From assembly GCA_040755995.1 (NCBI GenBank), contig JBFMAF010000036.1, positions 160,001-224,000 of the forward strand: 64,000 nucleotides of DNA. The letters are read 5' to 3'. A model generated the notes under the pieces. It did no database searches. It had not been told where the DNA came from and saw only the letters and a program-made list of their open reading frames with translations. This document shows positions 1 through 9,940 of the stretch, piece by piece. The stretch is from Acidobacteriota bacterium (GTDB taxonomy: Bacteria; Acidobacteriota; CAIWXX01). Positions within the stretch are counted from its first letter, which is position 1. Every line of letters starts with the position of its first letter. Made by a program: the position numbers and the translations under genes.

Positions 1-690
1 AAGCGTAGGCCGGCGAAGGCCGAGCTGTCAGGTGGGGAGGGTGCGCATACGGGCCACGTTCACCGAGTGAAACAGGGCGAATGTTTCGAAAGCATCGCCT
101 TCAAGTACGGGTTCAATTGGGAGACCCTCTGGGCGCATCCTCAGAACCAGAGGCTGCGCGAGAAGTCCAAGACGCCGAATATCGTGATGCCTGGGGACGA
201 GATCTACATACCAGAGAAGCGGGCCAAGTCCGAGGCCGGGGCGACCGAGCAGTCGCATCGCTTCAAACTCAAGGGCGTTCCGTCCAAGGTCCAACTTCGA
301 ATGGTCGACTCAGCCGGCAAGATCCGCGCGGGCCTCAGCTACGTCATGGAGATTCAGGACGGCCCCACCTACCGCGGAAAGATACCGGCAGATGGCTGGA
401 TCAGGCATAGCATCCCGCCAAATGCGAAGACGGCCAGACTCGAAGTGACCGACAACGTCGTGACCGAGGAGTATGTTCTTCAACTGGGCGGTCTTGACCC
501 CATCTACGAGGTGACCGGCATTCAGCAACGGCTCAAGAACCTCGGCTATGACCTGGATGATGCCCCGGGCGCGTTCGGCCCGGCTACCGAAGCCGCCATC
601 TGCAGTTTCCAAACGGCGCACGGTCTTACGGAGACAGGCGAGGCCGACAAGCGGACGCTTGACAAGCTGTTGGAGGTCTATGGCTGCTGA
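1..690 (+). CDS. LysM-like N-terminal + C-terminal peptidoglycan-binding (PG_binding_1) protein; probably 5'-truncated by the window edge
   Basis: Frame is open from base 1. HRVKQGECFESIA..YGF.WETLW..PQN...PNIVMPGDEIYIP is LysM-like; IQQRLKNLGY...GAFGPATEAAICSFQTAHGLTETGEAD is the PG_binding_1 pattern. Confidence 0.8.
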   Translation, partial: KRRPAKAELSGGEGAHTGHVHRVKQGECFESIAFKYGFNWETLWAHPQNQRLREKSKTPNIVMPGDEIYIPEKRAKSEAGATEQSHRFKLKGVPSKVQLRMVDSAGKIRAGLSYVMEIQDGPTYRGKIPADGWIRHSIPPNAKTARLEVTDNVVTEEYVLQLGGLDPIYEVTGIQQRLKNLGYDLDDAPGAFGPATEAAICSFQTAHGLTETGEADKRTLDKLLEVYGC

Positions 691-857
691 GGCCGTTCGC
701 ATCCCACTCAACACAGCCTGCCTGAGGCCGTTCACCACGCACAGACGCAAGGGTGTCGCAGGGCGGCCGCAGCTGCTGGGTTGCCGAGAGCCGCACTCGA
801 CCGGGCGCATCAGGCCCCGCTCCATACTCAGTTGTCTTGCCCGGTGAGGTGCCTGCC

Positions 858-2888
858 ATGGGTGACGAACAGGAGAAGCCAGACCCGTATGCGAACGGAA
901 AGGAGCCTTCGACGGAGGGTGCTGGGGCAAAGAGTGCCACCACATCGGAGGGCGCCGGGACGACCAAAGAATACCGGGATGACGATCATGACGACAGCGA
1001 TCACGACAAGGACAAGTCGGAGTTTCCCGGGGACCTCCGTGACGATGACCACGATCACCTGACGGATCACGTAAACGAAGGGGCCCCGCCTCCGGTGCCA
1101 CCTTCTCCGGTTGTCCCTGTCACGCGAACGACCAAGTACCACAGCGTGAACCCACCCGGACCGGCTGAAAGTAGTGCTCAAGTCGAATTCGGCCCCGTCA
1201 AGATCTTCAGGACCCGCGAGGACTGGAAGACGAGGGCCGCCAAACACACGTCCGCACTCGAAGGTCGCATACCGGACATGTATCTCGACCACAAGGGATA
1301 TGTGACGGTGGGTATTGGCCACTATCTGCCGAAGGCGGACAGCGCGAGTCATATCCCCTTCCAGTTCAAAGCGTCTTCAGGCAGGACAGGAGAGGGATCG
1401 GCCAGTGACAAGGCGGACGAGTGGAAGATGGTTTTGGATCATGGAGCGGCTCTGAAGAAGGCCGGAAAACTGAAGTCGCCCAGACGAGTGCCAAACACGA
1501 AGCTCTTCATGTCGGACACCGCGATCGACGAGCTTCTCCGTCGGGACATGGAAGCGCGCTACCCTACACTGGAACGACGCTACGATGCGTTCAAGAGCTG
1601 GAATCCCAAAGAACCGTCCCCTGTCAAGTTCCACAAGTTCAGGGACCTGCCGGACTCGGCCAAGGTAGTCCTTTTCGACATGATGTTTGGACTTGGAGAA
1701 TTCGGCCTGTTCGGAGGAGGAAAGAAGACCGGGTTCCGGATGCTGCTTACCGCCATCAAAGCGGGAGATTGGGAAACGGCAGCCGAGAATTGTCACATCA
1801 CGAACACGGTACGCGAGACGCGGAACAAGAGAAACCGGGCACTGCTCCTGCAGGCGGCCGAGGAGGCCGGCGTAGCGGTGCAGCCGGAGAGCCCAAAGAC
1901 GCCACCGCCGACACCGGCACCCGCCAAGCCGGCCCCCAGCCCGCCTCAGGTCACTCCAAAGACCACCACGGTCAATACCCTCGGTGGCCGAAAGCGGGAA
2001 CCTATCGTCTATCCACGCGTGCGACTCCTGAAACAGTGGGACAAGCGCTGGAATGTTGGAAAGAAGAAGGCCCCGGGCTTACTATGGAAGCCCCCTTGGA
2101 CGAACCTGCGGGAGAAGAAGTACCGACCGTATGCCAACTGGCAGAACTCCGGGTGCTGTCCAACGTCTCTGGCCATGGTTCTGCGTTGGTGGGCCGAGGA
2201 CAACCCCGCCACGCAGGGGAAATTGAGCTTTCCAAAGGGACCCGCCGCCGGGACGTACGGCTCGCCGCCGATGAACCCCGTGGACATCAATCATCGCCTT
2301 CACGGCTCGCTCTATGTTCCGACCAGAGAGGTCGGCGGGTCGCTGAAGATCGAAGGTCGCTCGGTTGTCCCCTACGGCCTGGACTACAAGGCCGTCCTCA
2401 ATGCCGCCCGACAGGTATCGCTGGTGCTTGAGGACGGTACTACCAAGGGCATGCAAGTGCACTACCAGCCGTGGAATCAGGCCAGCGCTAGCAACCCCAA
2501 GCACGTGGAGCTGAAGAAGGAAATGCTACGCAAGGGCCTCTGCTACGGGCCGATGCTCGCGAACATGACCTTCCCAGGTCATTTCGTGGTCGTGCAAGGG
2601 TATCGGGCCGGGAAAATATACATTTGCGACCCCGGCAACGACCTTCATTACAAATGGGGCTCGCCCGTCGAGAGCGAAAAAGAGATGCCGACCAAGGAAG
2701 CTCTCCGCGCCGGCGGGGATGACGTGGATGCCCCGGGGCGAGGTTACAACGCTGTTCCTGAGGGAGCGAAGTTTACGCCCAAACTGAAGCACGGAAGCCC
2801 CAAGCGTCCACTGACGTGGCTCGAGTCCGTGATCGGCCTGGTCTATTTCTACTTCGACGAGAAAGCTATACATCCGGAATGGCGTTGA
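858..2888 (+). CDS. Fusion of a phage-type lysozyme (GH24-like) domain and a C39-like cysteine peptidase; putative cell-wall-targeting effector
   Basis: LEGRIPDMYLDHKGYVTVGIGH (E-x8-D-x5-T lysozyme triad); Pro-rich linker; NSGCCPTSLAMVL ... GHFVVVQGY ... YICDP (Cys/His/Asp). ATG 858 follows a GAGGTG RBS (ORF track starts at 753). Confidence 0.75.
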   Translation: MGDEQEKPDPYANGKEPSTEGAGAKSATTSEGAGTTKEYRDDDHDDSDHDKDKSEFPGDLRDDDHDHLTDHVNEGAPPPVPPSPVVPVTRTTKYHSVNPPGPAESSAQVEFGPVKIFRTREDWKTRAAKHTSALEGRIPDMYLDHKGYVTVGIGHYLPKADSASHIPFQFKASSGRTGEGSASDKADEWKMVLDHGAALKKAGKLKSPRRVPNTKLFMSDTAIDELLRRDMEARYPTLERRYDAFKSWNPKEPSPVKFHKFRDLPDSAKVVLFDMMFGLGEFGLFGGGKKTGFRMLLTAIKAGDWETAAENCHITNTVRETRNKRNRALLLQAAEEAGVAVQPESPKTPPPTPAPAKPAPSPPQVTPKTTTVNTLGGRKREPIVYPRVRLLKQWDKRWNVGKKKAPGLLWKPPWTNLREKKYRPYANWQNSGCCPTSLAMVLRWWAEDNPATQGKLSFPKGPAAGTYGSPPMNPVDINHRLHGSLYVPTREVGGSLKIEGRSVVPYGLDYKAVLNAARQVSLVLEDGTTKGMQVHYQPWNQASASNPKHVELKKEMLRKGLCYGPMLANMTFPGHFVVVQGYRAGKIYICDPGNDLHYKWGSPVESEKEMPTKEALRAGGDDVDAPGRGYNAVPEGAKFTPKLKHGSPKRPLTWLESVIGLVYFYFDEKAIHPEWR

Positions 2889-3025
2889 AGCCGGGCGCAG
2901 CCGCTGCGTGAATGCCTGAGGCTCTCACCCTTCCGCATGAGATGCGGTGCCGACAACATAAGAGTTCCGGTGAGAACTCACGGAATGCCACGACCCCGGC
3001 TGGGTCTAGGTTGAGCGGCGGAGGT

Positions 3026-3805
3026 TCATGATGCGCTGAGGGTATCGCTGCTTCCCGGTCGTATCCAGCGTCCCTCAGGCGTCAGGATCTCGCACGGCAG
3101 GAAGTTCGACTTGTATCGCATCTGGTGGCAATCGCGGACGAAGAAGCCGAGATAGAGATACGGCAAGCGGCGCCGCCGGCACTCCTCGATCATCCACAGG
3201 ATGTTGAACGTGCCCAGGGACCTCGAGGGCAGATAAGGCTCGAAGTAGCAGTACACCGCGCTCATGGCCAGAGGTTCCAGGTCGGCGACGCTCACGGCCA
3301 CGAGCTTCTCCCCGGCTCGGCATACGACCTCGACTGTCTCTACCGAAGACGTGTAGAGGAAGCGTTGGAACTCCTGGAGCGACCCGTCCATGGTTCCATC
3401 GTGGCGGAGGCTCAGGTAGCGCCCGTACAGCTCGTGCTTCTCATCGGTCAGAACCGGTTGGCCGAGCTCGACGGACAGGTCGCGGTTGCGCGTCCAGCAG
3501 CGCCGCTGTGCACGAGACGGCCGGAATTCCTCGACGGGCACTCGAATCATCCTGCACGCGTCGCACCCATCGCACCGCGGCCGATAAAAGAGGTGCCCTA
3601 GTCGCCGGAAGTTCAGATCCATGAGCGAATGGTAAACGCCCGGGAGATACGACGATACGAGAAGGGTGGTGTTGCGCGCCGTTCTGCCCGAAAGATATGG
3701 ACAGGGGAACGGCTCCCCGGGAGCAGGCACGGCACGCTCTATCGCCTGCGCCAGCAGAAGCGTCCGTCGAGCGTGAGCCTGCTCCGTCGGGCTCATGATC
3801 GCCAT
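3026..3805 (-). CDS. bpt: Arginyl-tRNA-protein transferase family (bacterial Asp/Glu leucyltransferase, Bpt/ATE)
   Basis: CPYL, FRRLG..FYRPRCDGCDAC, SAVYCYFEP, SLGTFNILW, YLYLGFFV..C..M.YK..F.P motifs; GAGGTG RBS. Confidence 0.9.
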   Translation of the reverse strand: MAIMSPTEQAHARRTLLLAQAIERAVPAPGEPFPCPYLSGRTARNTTLLVSSYLPGVYHSLMDLNFRRLGHLFYRPRCDGCDACRMIRVPVEEFRPSRAQRRCWTRNRDLSVELGQPVLTDEKHELYGRYLSLRHDGTMDGSLQEFQRFLYTSSVETVEVVCRAGEKLVAVSVADLEPLAMSAVYCYFEPYLPSRSLGTFNILWMIEECRRRRLPYLYLGFFVRDCHQMRYKSNFLPCEILTPEGRWIRPGSSDTLSAS

Positions 3806-3976
3806 TCCTAGTCACCTCAGATTCTACGCCGGAACCGAGACAAACGAACCGATTGCAGATCGTGCGAGCCCGAGGTCCTGGCCGGCACAGCCAGGACGTG
3901 AATCGCGAGAAAACGCATTCGGCGAATCGGCACCTCCTTCGTATCGCGCGAGGAGCCCGCAAACCTCAGACGAAGC

Positions 3977-4420
3977 CTACGTTTCCGAGATCTCCAGGTG
4001 CATGATCTGTCCGCCCAGGTTCGCGGTTCTTGCCATCGTAGCTGCCAGGACGAGGATAAGCAACAACGTGACGTAGAGAAACCATGCCGGGTAGCTCTCG
4101 CGCTTGCGGAAGAGCACGCATCCAGCCAGGCTCCATACACCCAGCACCTCCATGAGCGTCAATGCGAATTCGGCGGCCTCGTGATGCGTTCCTATCTTCT
4201 CGGGCGACGCCATGGGCAGCGAAGCGAGCGCCTCGGCGGCCTCGTCGCCTGAAATGAACGTCGGAATCGTCATCACGGCCAGGAAGACTATGAGCCACAT
4301 CCCTACCGTCTGCAGCTCGCGGCTCCTCCTGACGAGGGCCACCACCCAATAGAGGATGGCCAGAAAAATCCCGATGATCGGGAAATGGTTGATCAAGAGG
4401 TGAAAATGCGGCCAGTTCAT
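3977..4420 (-). CDS. Small 4-TM membrane protein (DUF2231-like)
   Basis: MNWPHFHLLINHFPI..., conserved-looking HHEAA and GGQIMH, four hydrophobic segments; GAGGAGGAG upstream of ATG 4420. Confidence 0.7.
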   Translation of the reverse strand: MNWPHFHLLINHFPIIGIFLAILYWVVALVRRSRELQTVGMWLIVFLAVMTIPTFISGDEAAEALASLPMASPEKIGTHHEAAEFALTLMEVLGVWSLAGCVLFRKRESYPAWFLYVTLLLILVLAATMARTANLGGQIMHLEISET

Positions 4421-4592
4421 CGTCTCCAGCTCCTCCTCTCGCGCAGACTCCCGCGACCCGATGGCCTCAGATCCGGCCCCGCCGCTCCAGCGAATCGACC
4501 TTATCGTGGGCTCCACACCACACGCATTTCATCATAGGAGCCGGGAGACGCCGTGTCAACGCGAAGCCGGCCGCGGGGTCGCTCATCCGAGG

Positions 4593-4601
4593 TGATACAA
4601 T
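4593..4601 (+). promoter_or_regulatory. Extended -10 promoter (TGnTACAAT) for the cyclase-kinase gene
   Basis: TGATACAAT about 28 nt upstream of ATG 4629, followed by a GGAGG RBS. Confidence 0.5.
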
Positions 4602-4628
4602 AGAATAGGTTCGATTGCCGGAGGCTGG

Positions 4629-7600
4629 ATGGAAGAGGATCGAAGAGGGCTCTCGACACCGGTCGTCAGGACACTACTCTTCAGCGACCTCGTCGGCAGT
4701 ACCCACATGGTGGAACAGCTGGGCGATGTCCGTTCGGCTCACCTGTTCGCCCGTCATGACAGGACGGCCCGGGACCTCCTCCTACTCCACGGCGGCCGGG
4801 AAATCGACAAGACTGACGGGTTCCTTCTTCTCTTCGAGCGACCCTTCGACGCGGTCCTCTACGCCGCCGACTACCATCGCGCGCTCGACCAGCTGTCGGC
4901 CGAGGAACGCACACCCCTCAAGGCGAGAGTCGGGATACACCTCGGCGAAGTCATCCTCCGCGAGAATACGCCCGAGGACGTGCGACGCGGAGCCAAACCG
5001 CTCGAAGTCGAGGGCATAGCAAAGCCCGTCGCCGCTCGCGTGATGTCTCTGGCATTGGGAGGGCAGACTCTGCTCACGACTGCCGCGTTCGACCTCGCAC
5101 GCCGTTCGGCGGTGGGTGAGAAGGGAGACGCGGCGTCGCTTGGGTGGACAGCCCACGGGCGGTACGTGCTCAAAGGTGTCGAGGAGCCGATGGAGATCTT
5201 CGAAGTCGGCATCGAAGGGGCTTCTCCGATGACGCCTCCACCCGACAGTGAGAAGGCCCGCCGTGTCCACGAAGAAGACGCCATCCTGGGCTGGCGGCCG
5301 GCTGCCGGGATTCCGCTTCCACAGCGCAAGAGCTGGATCATCCAGCGCAAGCTCGGGGAAGGGGGATTCGGCGAGGTCTGGCTTGCGCGCCACAGCAAGA
5401 CCGGCGTCACAAACGTTTTCAAGTTCTGCTTCGAGGAGGACAAGCTTCGCGCGCTGCGGAGGGAGGTCGCTCTGCTGCGGTTGCTCAAAGACGCGCTGGG
5501 CGACCGGGACGATATCGCGCGCGTCATCGATTGGGAGTTTCAATCCCCGCCGTACTACCTGGAAACCGAATACTCGTCGGGGGGAAGCATTGAGGAATGG
5601 ACCGCCCAGCAAGGCGGCTTGGCGACCATCCCTCTTGATACAAAGATCGACCTGGTGGCTCAAGTGGCCGAAGCACTCTCGGCAGCACATTCGGTCGGGG
5701 TCCTGCACAAGGACGTGAAACCGGCCAACGTGCTTGTCAGAACAACCGCCGACGGCAGGCCTCGAATCCAGTTGACAGACTTCGGCATAGGTCGCGTTAC
5801 GGACCGCGAGCAGCTGGCCCAACGTGGGATCACCATCATGGGGATGACGGAGATCGCCGATGCCTCCACGGGTTCCACATCCGGCACACGGCTGTACATG
5901 GCCCCCGAGCTTCTCGAAGGCAAACCTTCCACCGTCCAGGCGGATGTGTTCGCACTGGGCGTGATTCTCTATCAGATGCTCGTGACAGATCTTCACCGCG
6001 CGCTTGCTCCCGGATGGGAAAGGGATATCCCCGACGAGTTGCTTCGCGAGGATGTTGCGCTTGCCGTAGACGGATCGCCCGAACGCAGGATTCACAGCAC
6101 CGCCGAGTTCGCCGAACGACTGCGCAACCTCGAGACGCGCCGAGCCCAACGACTGGAAGAGCGAAGGCGCAGAGAGGTGGAGGAAGCCACTCGCAACGCG
6201 CTGGCCAAAGCGCGGCGGAGACGCCGGCTCATGATGGTAGTTGCAGCGGCGTCCTTGGCGTTCGGCTCGCTGATGACATGGCAGGCGCGCCGCATATCGC
6301 AGGAGGCGGCCCGAGCGGAGCGGGCGCAGGCCGCCAAGTCGCTCGACCACCGCGCCGAGGCCATGGAATCACTGGCTCGAACCGCGGCCCTCCTGCCGCT
6401 CCACGACGTCGTGCGGGAGCGCGAGCACATTCGGCGCATCATCGGGCTCGTTCAGGAGACGCTGGAGGCGAACCCCCAGCTGGCCGGGCCGGCCAACGCG
6501 GCCCTCGGACGCGGCCACTACGCCCTCGGTGACATCGAGAACGCGAGGTCCCATCTGGAGAAGGCCTGGTCGGACGGCTATCGGGAACCCGACGTCGCGT
6601 ACAGCCTGGGACTCGCTCTGGGAGCCGTCTACCAGCGGCAGAGGGCCGCAGCCCGCTGGATCGAGAACGCCGAGCTGAGAGATCAGCGGATCCGTGAGAT
6701 CGATGAGACGATCAGGAAGCCGGCGCTCGAGTTTCTGAAAATCGGGAGCACCTCCGAGCTCGCATCGAGGAACTACGCCGAGGCCTTGATCCACTACTAT
6801 GCGGAGCAGTTCGATGAAGCACACGACGAAGCGCTCGCGGCGTTGAAGTCCATGCCGTGGCTGTTCGAAGCGCGTTATCTGGCCGGGGCGTCGCGGTTGA
6901 GACAGGCATTCGATGCCATGGAACGCGGCGATTGGTCACGAGCAGACACATGCCTCACTGAGGCCAACGCATGTTTCGACCTTGTGCGCGAGGCGGCTAG
7001 AAGCTGGGCGCCCGCCTTCGACGGCAACTCCGAAATCTCCCAGGCCAGGATGTCTATGGCCTCTTCACAGGGCCAGTCCCCGAAGCCCGCTCTGGATGCG
7101 TGCCTGGACGCATGCGCTCTGTCCGCGCAGGTGTCGCCGGACTCGCCGGAACCGTGGGAGAGGAGAGCGACTGCATGGAAGGATTGGGCGCGATACCAAC
7201 AAGAACACAACGAAGACCCGCGGCCTGCATATGAACAGTCCCGAACCGCTTCGAAGGAGGCTTGCCGGCTTTCCCCACGCCGAGCCCAGGCCTGGGAGAG
7301 CCTGGCGCTCGCGGATGTCGCGCTGGCCAGGTATCTGGCCTTCAGAGGCGAGGATGCGTCCGAAACCTTTTCCGAAGCGCTCAAGGCTCTTGACACTGCA
7401 AGAGATCTCGGTGCCAGCCCGTTCTCAGTGGCCATGAATCGCGGGGCATTCCTTCTGGAACGCGGGAGCTGGGAACGGGCGCGCGGCATTGATCCGTGGC
7501 GGAGCTACGAAGAAGCCATCCAGGCCTGTCAAGCGGCCGCCGGCCTTCAGCCCGGCCTCGTCAGACCCTTTCAAGTCCTCGGGACGATCTACCTGCGGAT

Positions 7601-8531
7601 GGGAAAAGACGAGCTCGCCACAGGCAAGGACCCTCGCCCTTCGTTTCTGAAGTCGAAAGAGGCTTTGACCAAGGCTATTGCGCTGAACCCCAAGCTTGCC
7701 ATCCTCTACAACGCCGCCGGCAACCCGCGGCTCATGCTGGCCAAGACCGAAATGGACAGCGGCCGCGATCCCGTCCAGCTGCTCGACGAAGCTAACCGCT
7801 TCTACAGCAAGTCGATTGAGATAGACCCGAACCTGTTCTTCCCTTATGACAACACGGGTCATGTGGAGCTGTATCGCGGAACCTGGCAGGCCTGGAACGG
7901 GAAGGATCCCGCCGAGACCTTTCGCAAGGGGATTCAGTTTCTCGAGAAAGCCCTCACTCTGCACGGGGATCACGTGGAGACGTACTTCCACCTCTTGGAT
8001 ATCCACATTCAGTGGGCGCTGTATGAGCTCTCGACGGGCCGGTCGCCCGACCGAAACCTCCGCGATGCGGAGTCTCTGCTGCTGCGAACCGAGGCGGCCA
8101 ATCCCAAGGCCTCACCCGAATCCGGCTCCAGCGTTTCGCTGCGGCGAGGTCAAATCGCTTTGGTTCGGGCTGTAGTCGATCTGGAGAACCGGAGAAGCCC
8201 GGTGAAAGCGTTGGCCGATTCCGGGAAGGCCCTGGAACAGGCCCTTCGGCTGCAACCGCGCGACGCGGAGATCCTGCTCGCATTGGGCTACCATCGTCTC
8301 GTCCTGGCGCACTTCCCGGGTTCGCCCCAGGCCCAGAAGGACCAATCCATCCGCGAAGCGGACGACTACCTCTCCCAGGCCATCAAGCTTCATCCAGGCA
8401 TGGCCGAGGCCCTGATCGTCCGGAGTTGGCTTGACGGAGCCTCGGTGGGAGCAGATCAGTCAGCGGGCGCGGCCGCCAATCCGATCCTTGCGCGCTACCT
8501 CGACACGCTTCCCTGGCCGGCCGGTCCCTGA
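4629..8531 (+). CDS. Class III nucleotidyl-cyclase-like domain + Hanks-type Ser/Thr kinase + TM helix + extracytoplasmic TPR array
   Basis: LLFSDLVGST/EIDKTDG/RVGIHLGEV (cyclase); LGEGGFGEVW, VFKF, HKDVKPANVL, DFGIG, YMAPE (kinase); RRRRR-LMMVVAAASLAFGSLMTW (TM); long Ala-rich TPR-like tail. Confidence 0.85.
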   Translation: MEEDRRGLSTPVVRTLLFSDLVGSTHMVEQLGDVRSAHLFARHDRTARDLLLLHGGREIDKTDGFLLLFERPFDAVLYAADYHRALDQLSAEERTPLKARVGIHLGEVILRENTPEDVRRGAKPLEVEGIAKPVAARVMSLALGGQTLLTTAAFDLARRSAVGEKGDAASLGWTAHGRYVLKGVEEPMEIFEVGIEGASPMTPPPDSEKARRVHEEDAILGWRPAAGIPLPQRKSWIIQRKLGEGGFGEVWLARHSKTGVTNVFKFCFEEDKLRALRREVALLRLLKDALGDRDDIARVIDWEFQSPPYYLETEYSSGGSIEEWTAQQGGLATIPLDTKIDLVAQVAEALSAAHSVGVLHKDVKPANVLVRTTADGRPRIQLTDFGIGRVTDREQLAQRGITIMGMTEIADASTGSTSGTRLYMAPELLEGKPSTVQADVFALGVILYQMLVTDLHRALAPGWERDIPDELLREDVALAVDGSPERRIHSTAEFAERLRNLETRRAQRLEERRRREVEEATRNALAKARRRRRLMMVVAAASLAFGSLMTWQARRISQEAARAERAQAAKSLDHRAEAMESLARTAALLPLHDVVREREHIRRIIGLVQETLEANPQLAGPANAALGRGHYALGDIENARSHLEKAWSDGYREPDVAYSLGLALGAVYQRQRAAARWIENAELRDQRIREIDETIRKPALEFLKIGSTSELASRNYAEALIHYYAEQFDEAHDEALAALKSMPWLFEARYLAGASRLRQAFDAMERGDWSRADTCLTEANACFDLVREAARSWAPAFDGNSEISQARMSMASSQGQSPKPALDACLDACALSAQVSPDSPEPWERRATAWKDWARYQQEHNEDPRPAYEQSRTASKEACRLSPRRAQAWESLALADVALARYLAFRGEDASETFSEALKALDTARDLGASPFSVAMNRGAFLLERGSWERARGIDPWRSYEEAIQACQAAAGLQPGLVRPFQVLGTIYLRMGKDELATGKDPRPSFLKSKEALTKAIALNPKLAILYNAAGNPRLMLAKTEMDSGRDPVQLLDEANRFYSKSIEIDPNLFFPYDNTGHVELYRGTWQAWNGKDPAETFRKGIQFLEKALTLHGDHVETYFHLLDIHIQWALYELSTGRSPDRNLRDAESLLLRTEAANPKASPESGSSVSLRRGQIALVRAVVDLENRRSPVKALADSGKALEQALRLQPRDAEILLALGYHRLVLAHFPGSPQAQKDQSIREADDYLSQAIKLHPGMAEALIVRSWLDGASVGADQSAGAAANPILARYLDTLPWPAGP

Positions 8532-8592
8532 GGGCCTCTGGGCAGGGCAGGAGCCGCGGCATTTCGACGGCGTCCTCTCCACTCTCGACTCT

Positions 8593-8868
8593 CTACTCTG
8601 CCTTCGCCAGCACCCGTTCGATGCGAAACACGTTGCAGACCTTGGGGTCCGGGCAGCAGAAATCCCCTTGCCCCTCCACTTTCTCCCACGGGAATGAGCC
8701 GCCGAATCGCAGCGTCGTGAGGTACGGGAGCAGCGTGCCGAATGCGCCGAGGCAGATTCCTTCGGGTGTCTTGCGCCGGACCATGAACTGGTCGCCGACC
8801 TTGTGCCCGTTGGGGCACTTAGCCAGCTGCGAAACAAGGGTGATTTTCACATCGTATCGCTTTGCCAT
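8593..8868 (-). CDS. TIGR04076 family Cys-rich small protein
   Basis: C.NGHKVGD.F, PEGIC..AF, FCCPD...V.FRIER pattern. Confidence 0.75.
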   Translation of the reverse strand: MAKRYDVKITLVSQLAKCPNGHKVGDQFMVRRKTPEGICLGAFGTLLPYLTTLRFGGSFPWEKVEGQGDFCCPDPKVCNVFRIERVLAKAE

Positions 8869-8875
8869 CTGATCC

Positions 8876-9625
8876 TCATAGCATCTGAGTCCCGCCGGAG
8901 ACGGGGAGATATGAGCCGGTCACGAACCGGGACCAATCCGAGCAATAGAAGAGCACAGCGCCTGCGATGTCCTCGGGCTCTCCAAGCCGAGCCAGCGGAG
9001 TGCGCGAGGCGATAGCGCGCCGGGCCTCTTCCGGATGATGTGCCGTTGCGTCCGTGCGAGTCCAACCCGGAGCCACGACGTTGACTCGAATTCCGTGCGG
9101 CCCGAGCTCCAGGGCCAGCGCCTTCGAGAAGGCGTCCAGGGCGGACTTAGCACTGGTGTGAGCGATGAAGCCGGGCCCGGGAACGCGCGAGAGCCCGCTG
9201 CTGACGTTCACGATGCAGCCGCTGCCGCGCCGGATCATCCCCGGCACCACCGCCTGGCAGCAATAGAAGCTCGCCTTCATCTCATTTACGAGCTTGCGCT
9301 CGAAGTCATTCCACTTGAATTCGACGAAGGGCAAGACCGGGAATGCCATGTTCGCGTTGTTGACGAGGATATCTGCCGGTCCCAACTCGGTTTCGGTCTT
9401 GCGGACCAGGGCCTCGACCTGACTCTGGATCGTGACATCGGCCTGCACGAGAATGGCTCGGCCGCCGCCGCGCACGATCTCGTCGAGCACCTGCTCGCCG
9501 CGCTCGCGGTTCTGCGCGTAGTTCACCGCGACCTTGGCCCCGTTGGCCGCGAGCAACTTCGCGGTGGCAGCGCCTATCCCGCGGCTGGAGCCCGTGACGA
9601 TCGCGACTTTGTCTGCCAGTATCAT
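8876..9625 (-). CDS. Short-chain dehydrogenase/reductase (FabG-like)
   Basis: TGSSRGIG, LVNNA, IVNVSS, GIRVNVVAPG, VTGSYLPVSGG; the catalytic YxxxK reads HTSAK. Confidence 0.9.
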   Translation of the reverse strand: MILADKVAIVTGSSRGIGAATAKLLAANGAKVAVNYAQNRERGEQVLDEIVRGGGRAILVQADVTIQSQVEALVRKTETELGPADILVNNANMAFPVLPFVEFKWNDFERKLVNEMKASFYCCQAVVPGMIRRGSGCIVNVSSGLSRVPGPGFIAHTSAKSALDAFSKALALELGPHGIRVNVVAPGWTRTDATAHHPEEARRAIASRTPLARLGEPEDIAGAVLFYCSDWSRFVTGSYLPVSGGTQML

Positions 9626-9940
9626 TCATCTGCCTCCTGCAGTGTTGTGGACCTCGTGTGATCGGGACGAACGACTGCGATGAACATGCAACGGACGAGC
9701 CTAGCACACACCCCGGCCTTAAACTACCGTCCGCAACCATGGGTCTGCTCGCGGTGCACTTCTCGGAGGACGGGCAGTCCCTTCTCTTCCAGGTCTGCCC
9801 TCGGGACTCGAACGATGGCTGCACGTGGCAGCAGCTTCGCCTGTGACTGACCGGAGACGCTGACGCCGCTAGGTGTGCGCACAGCACGCGTAGGCTTCAC
9901 CCCGAGTCGGAGGCTGAGCACTCCCTGGGATCCCCGGGCA

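Noticed and set aside
2933..2985. Short hairpins (CCGCAT/ATGCGG, GAGTTC/GAACTC) between convergent genes as terminator or ncRNA
   Set aside because: Only 6-bp stems with no U-tract; not enough support
9658..9846. 62-aa ORF upstream of the TA promoter
   Set aside because: No clear RBS or motif; at most a 3' gene remnant
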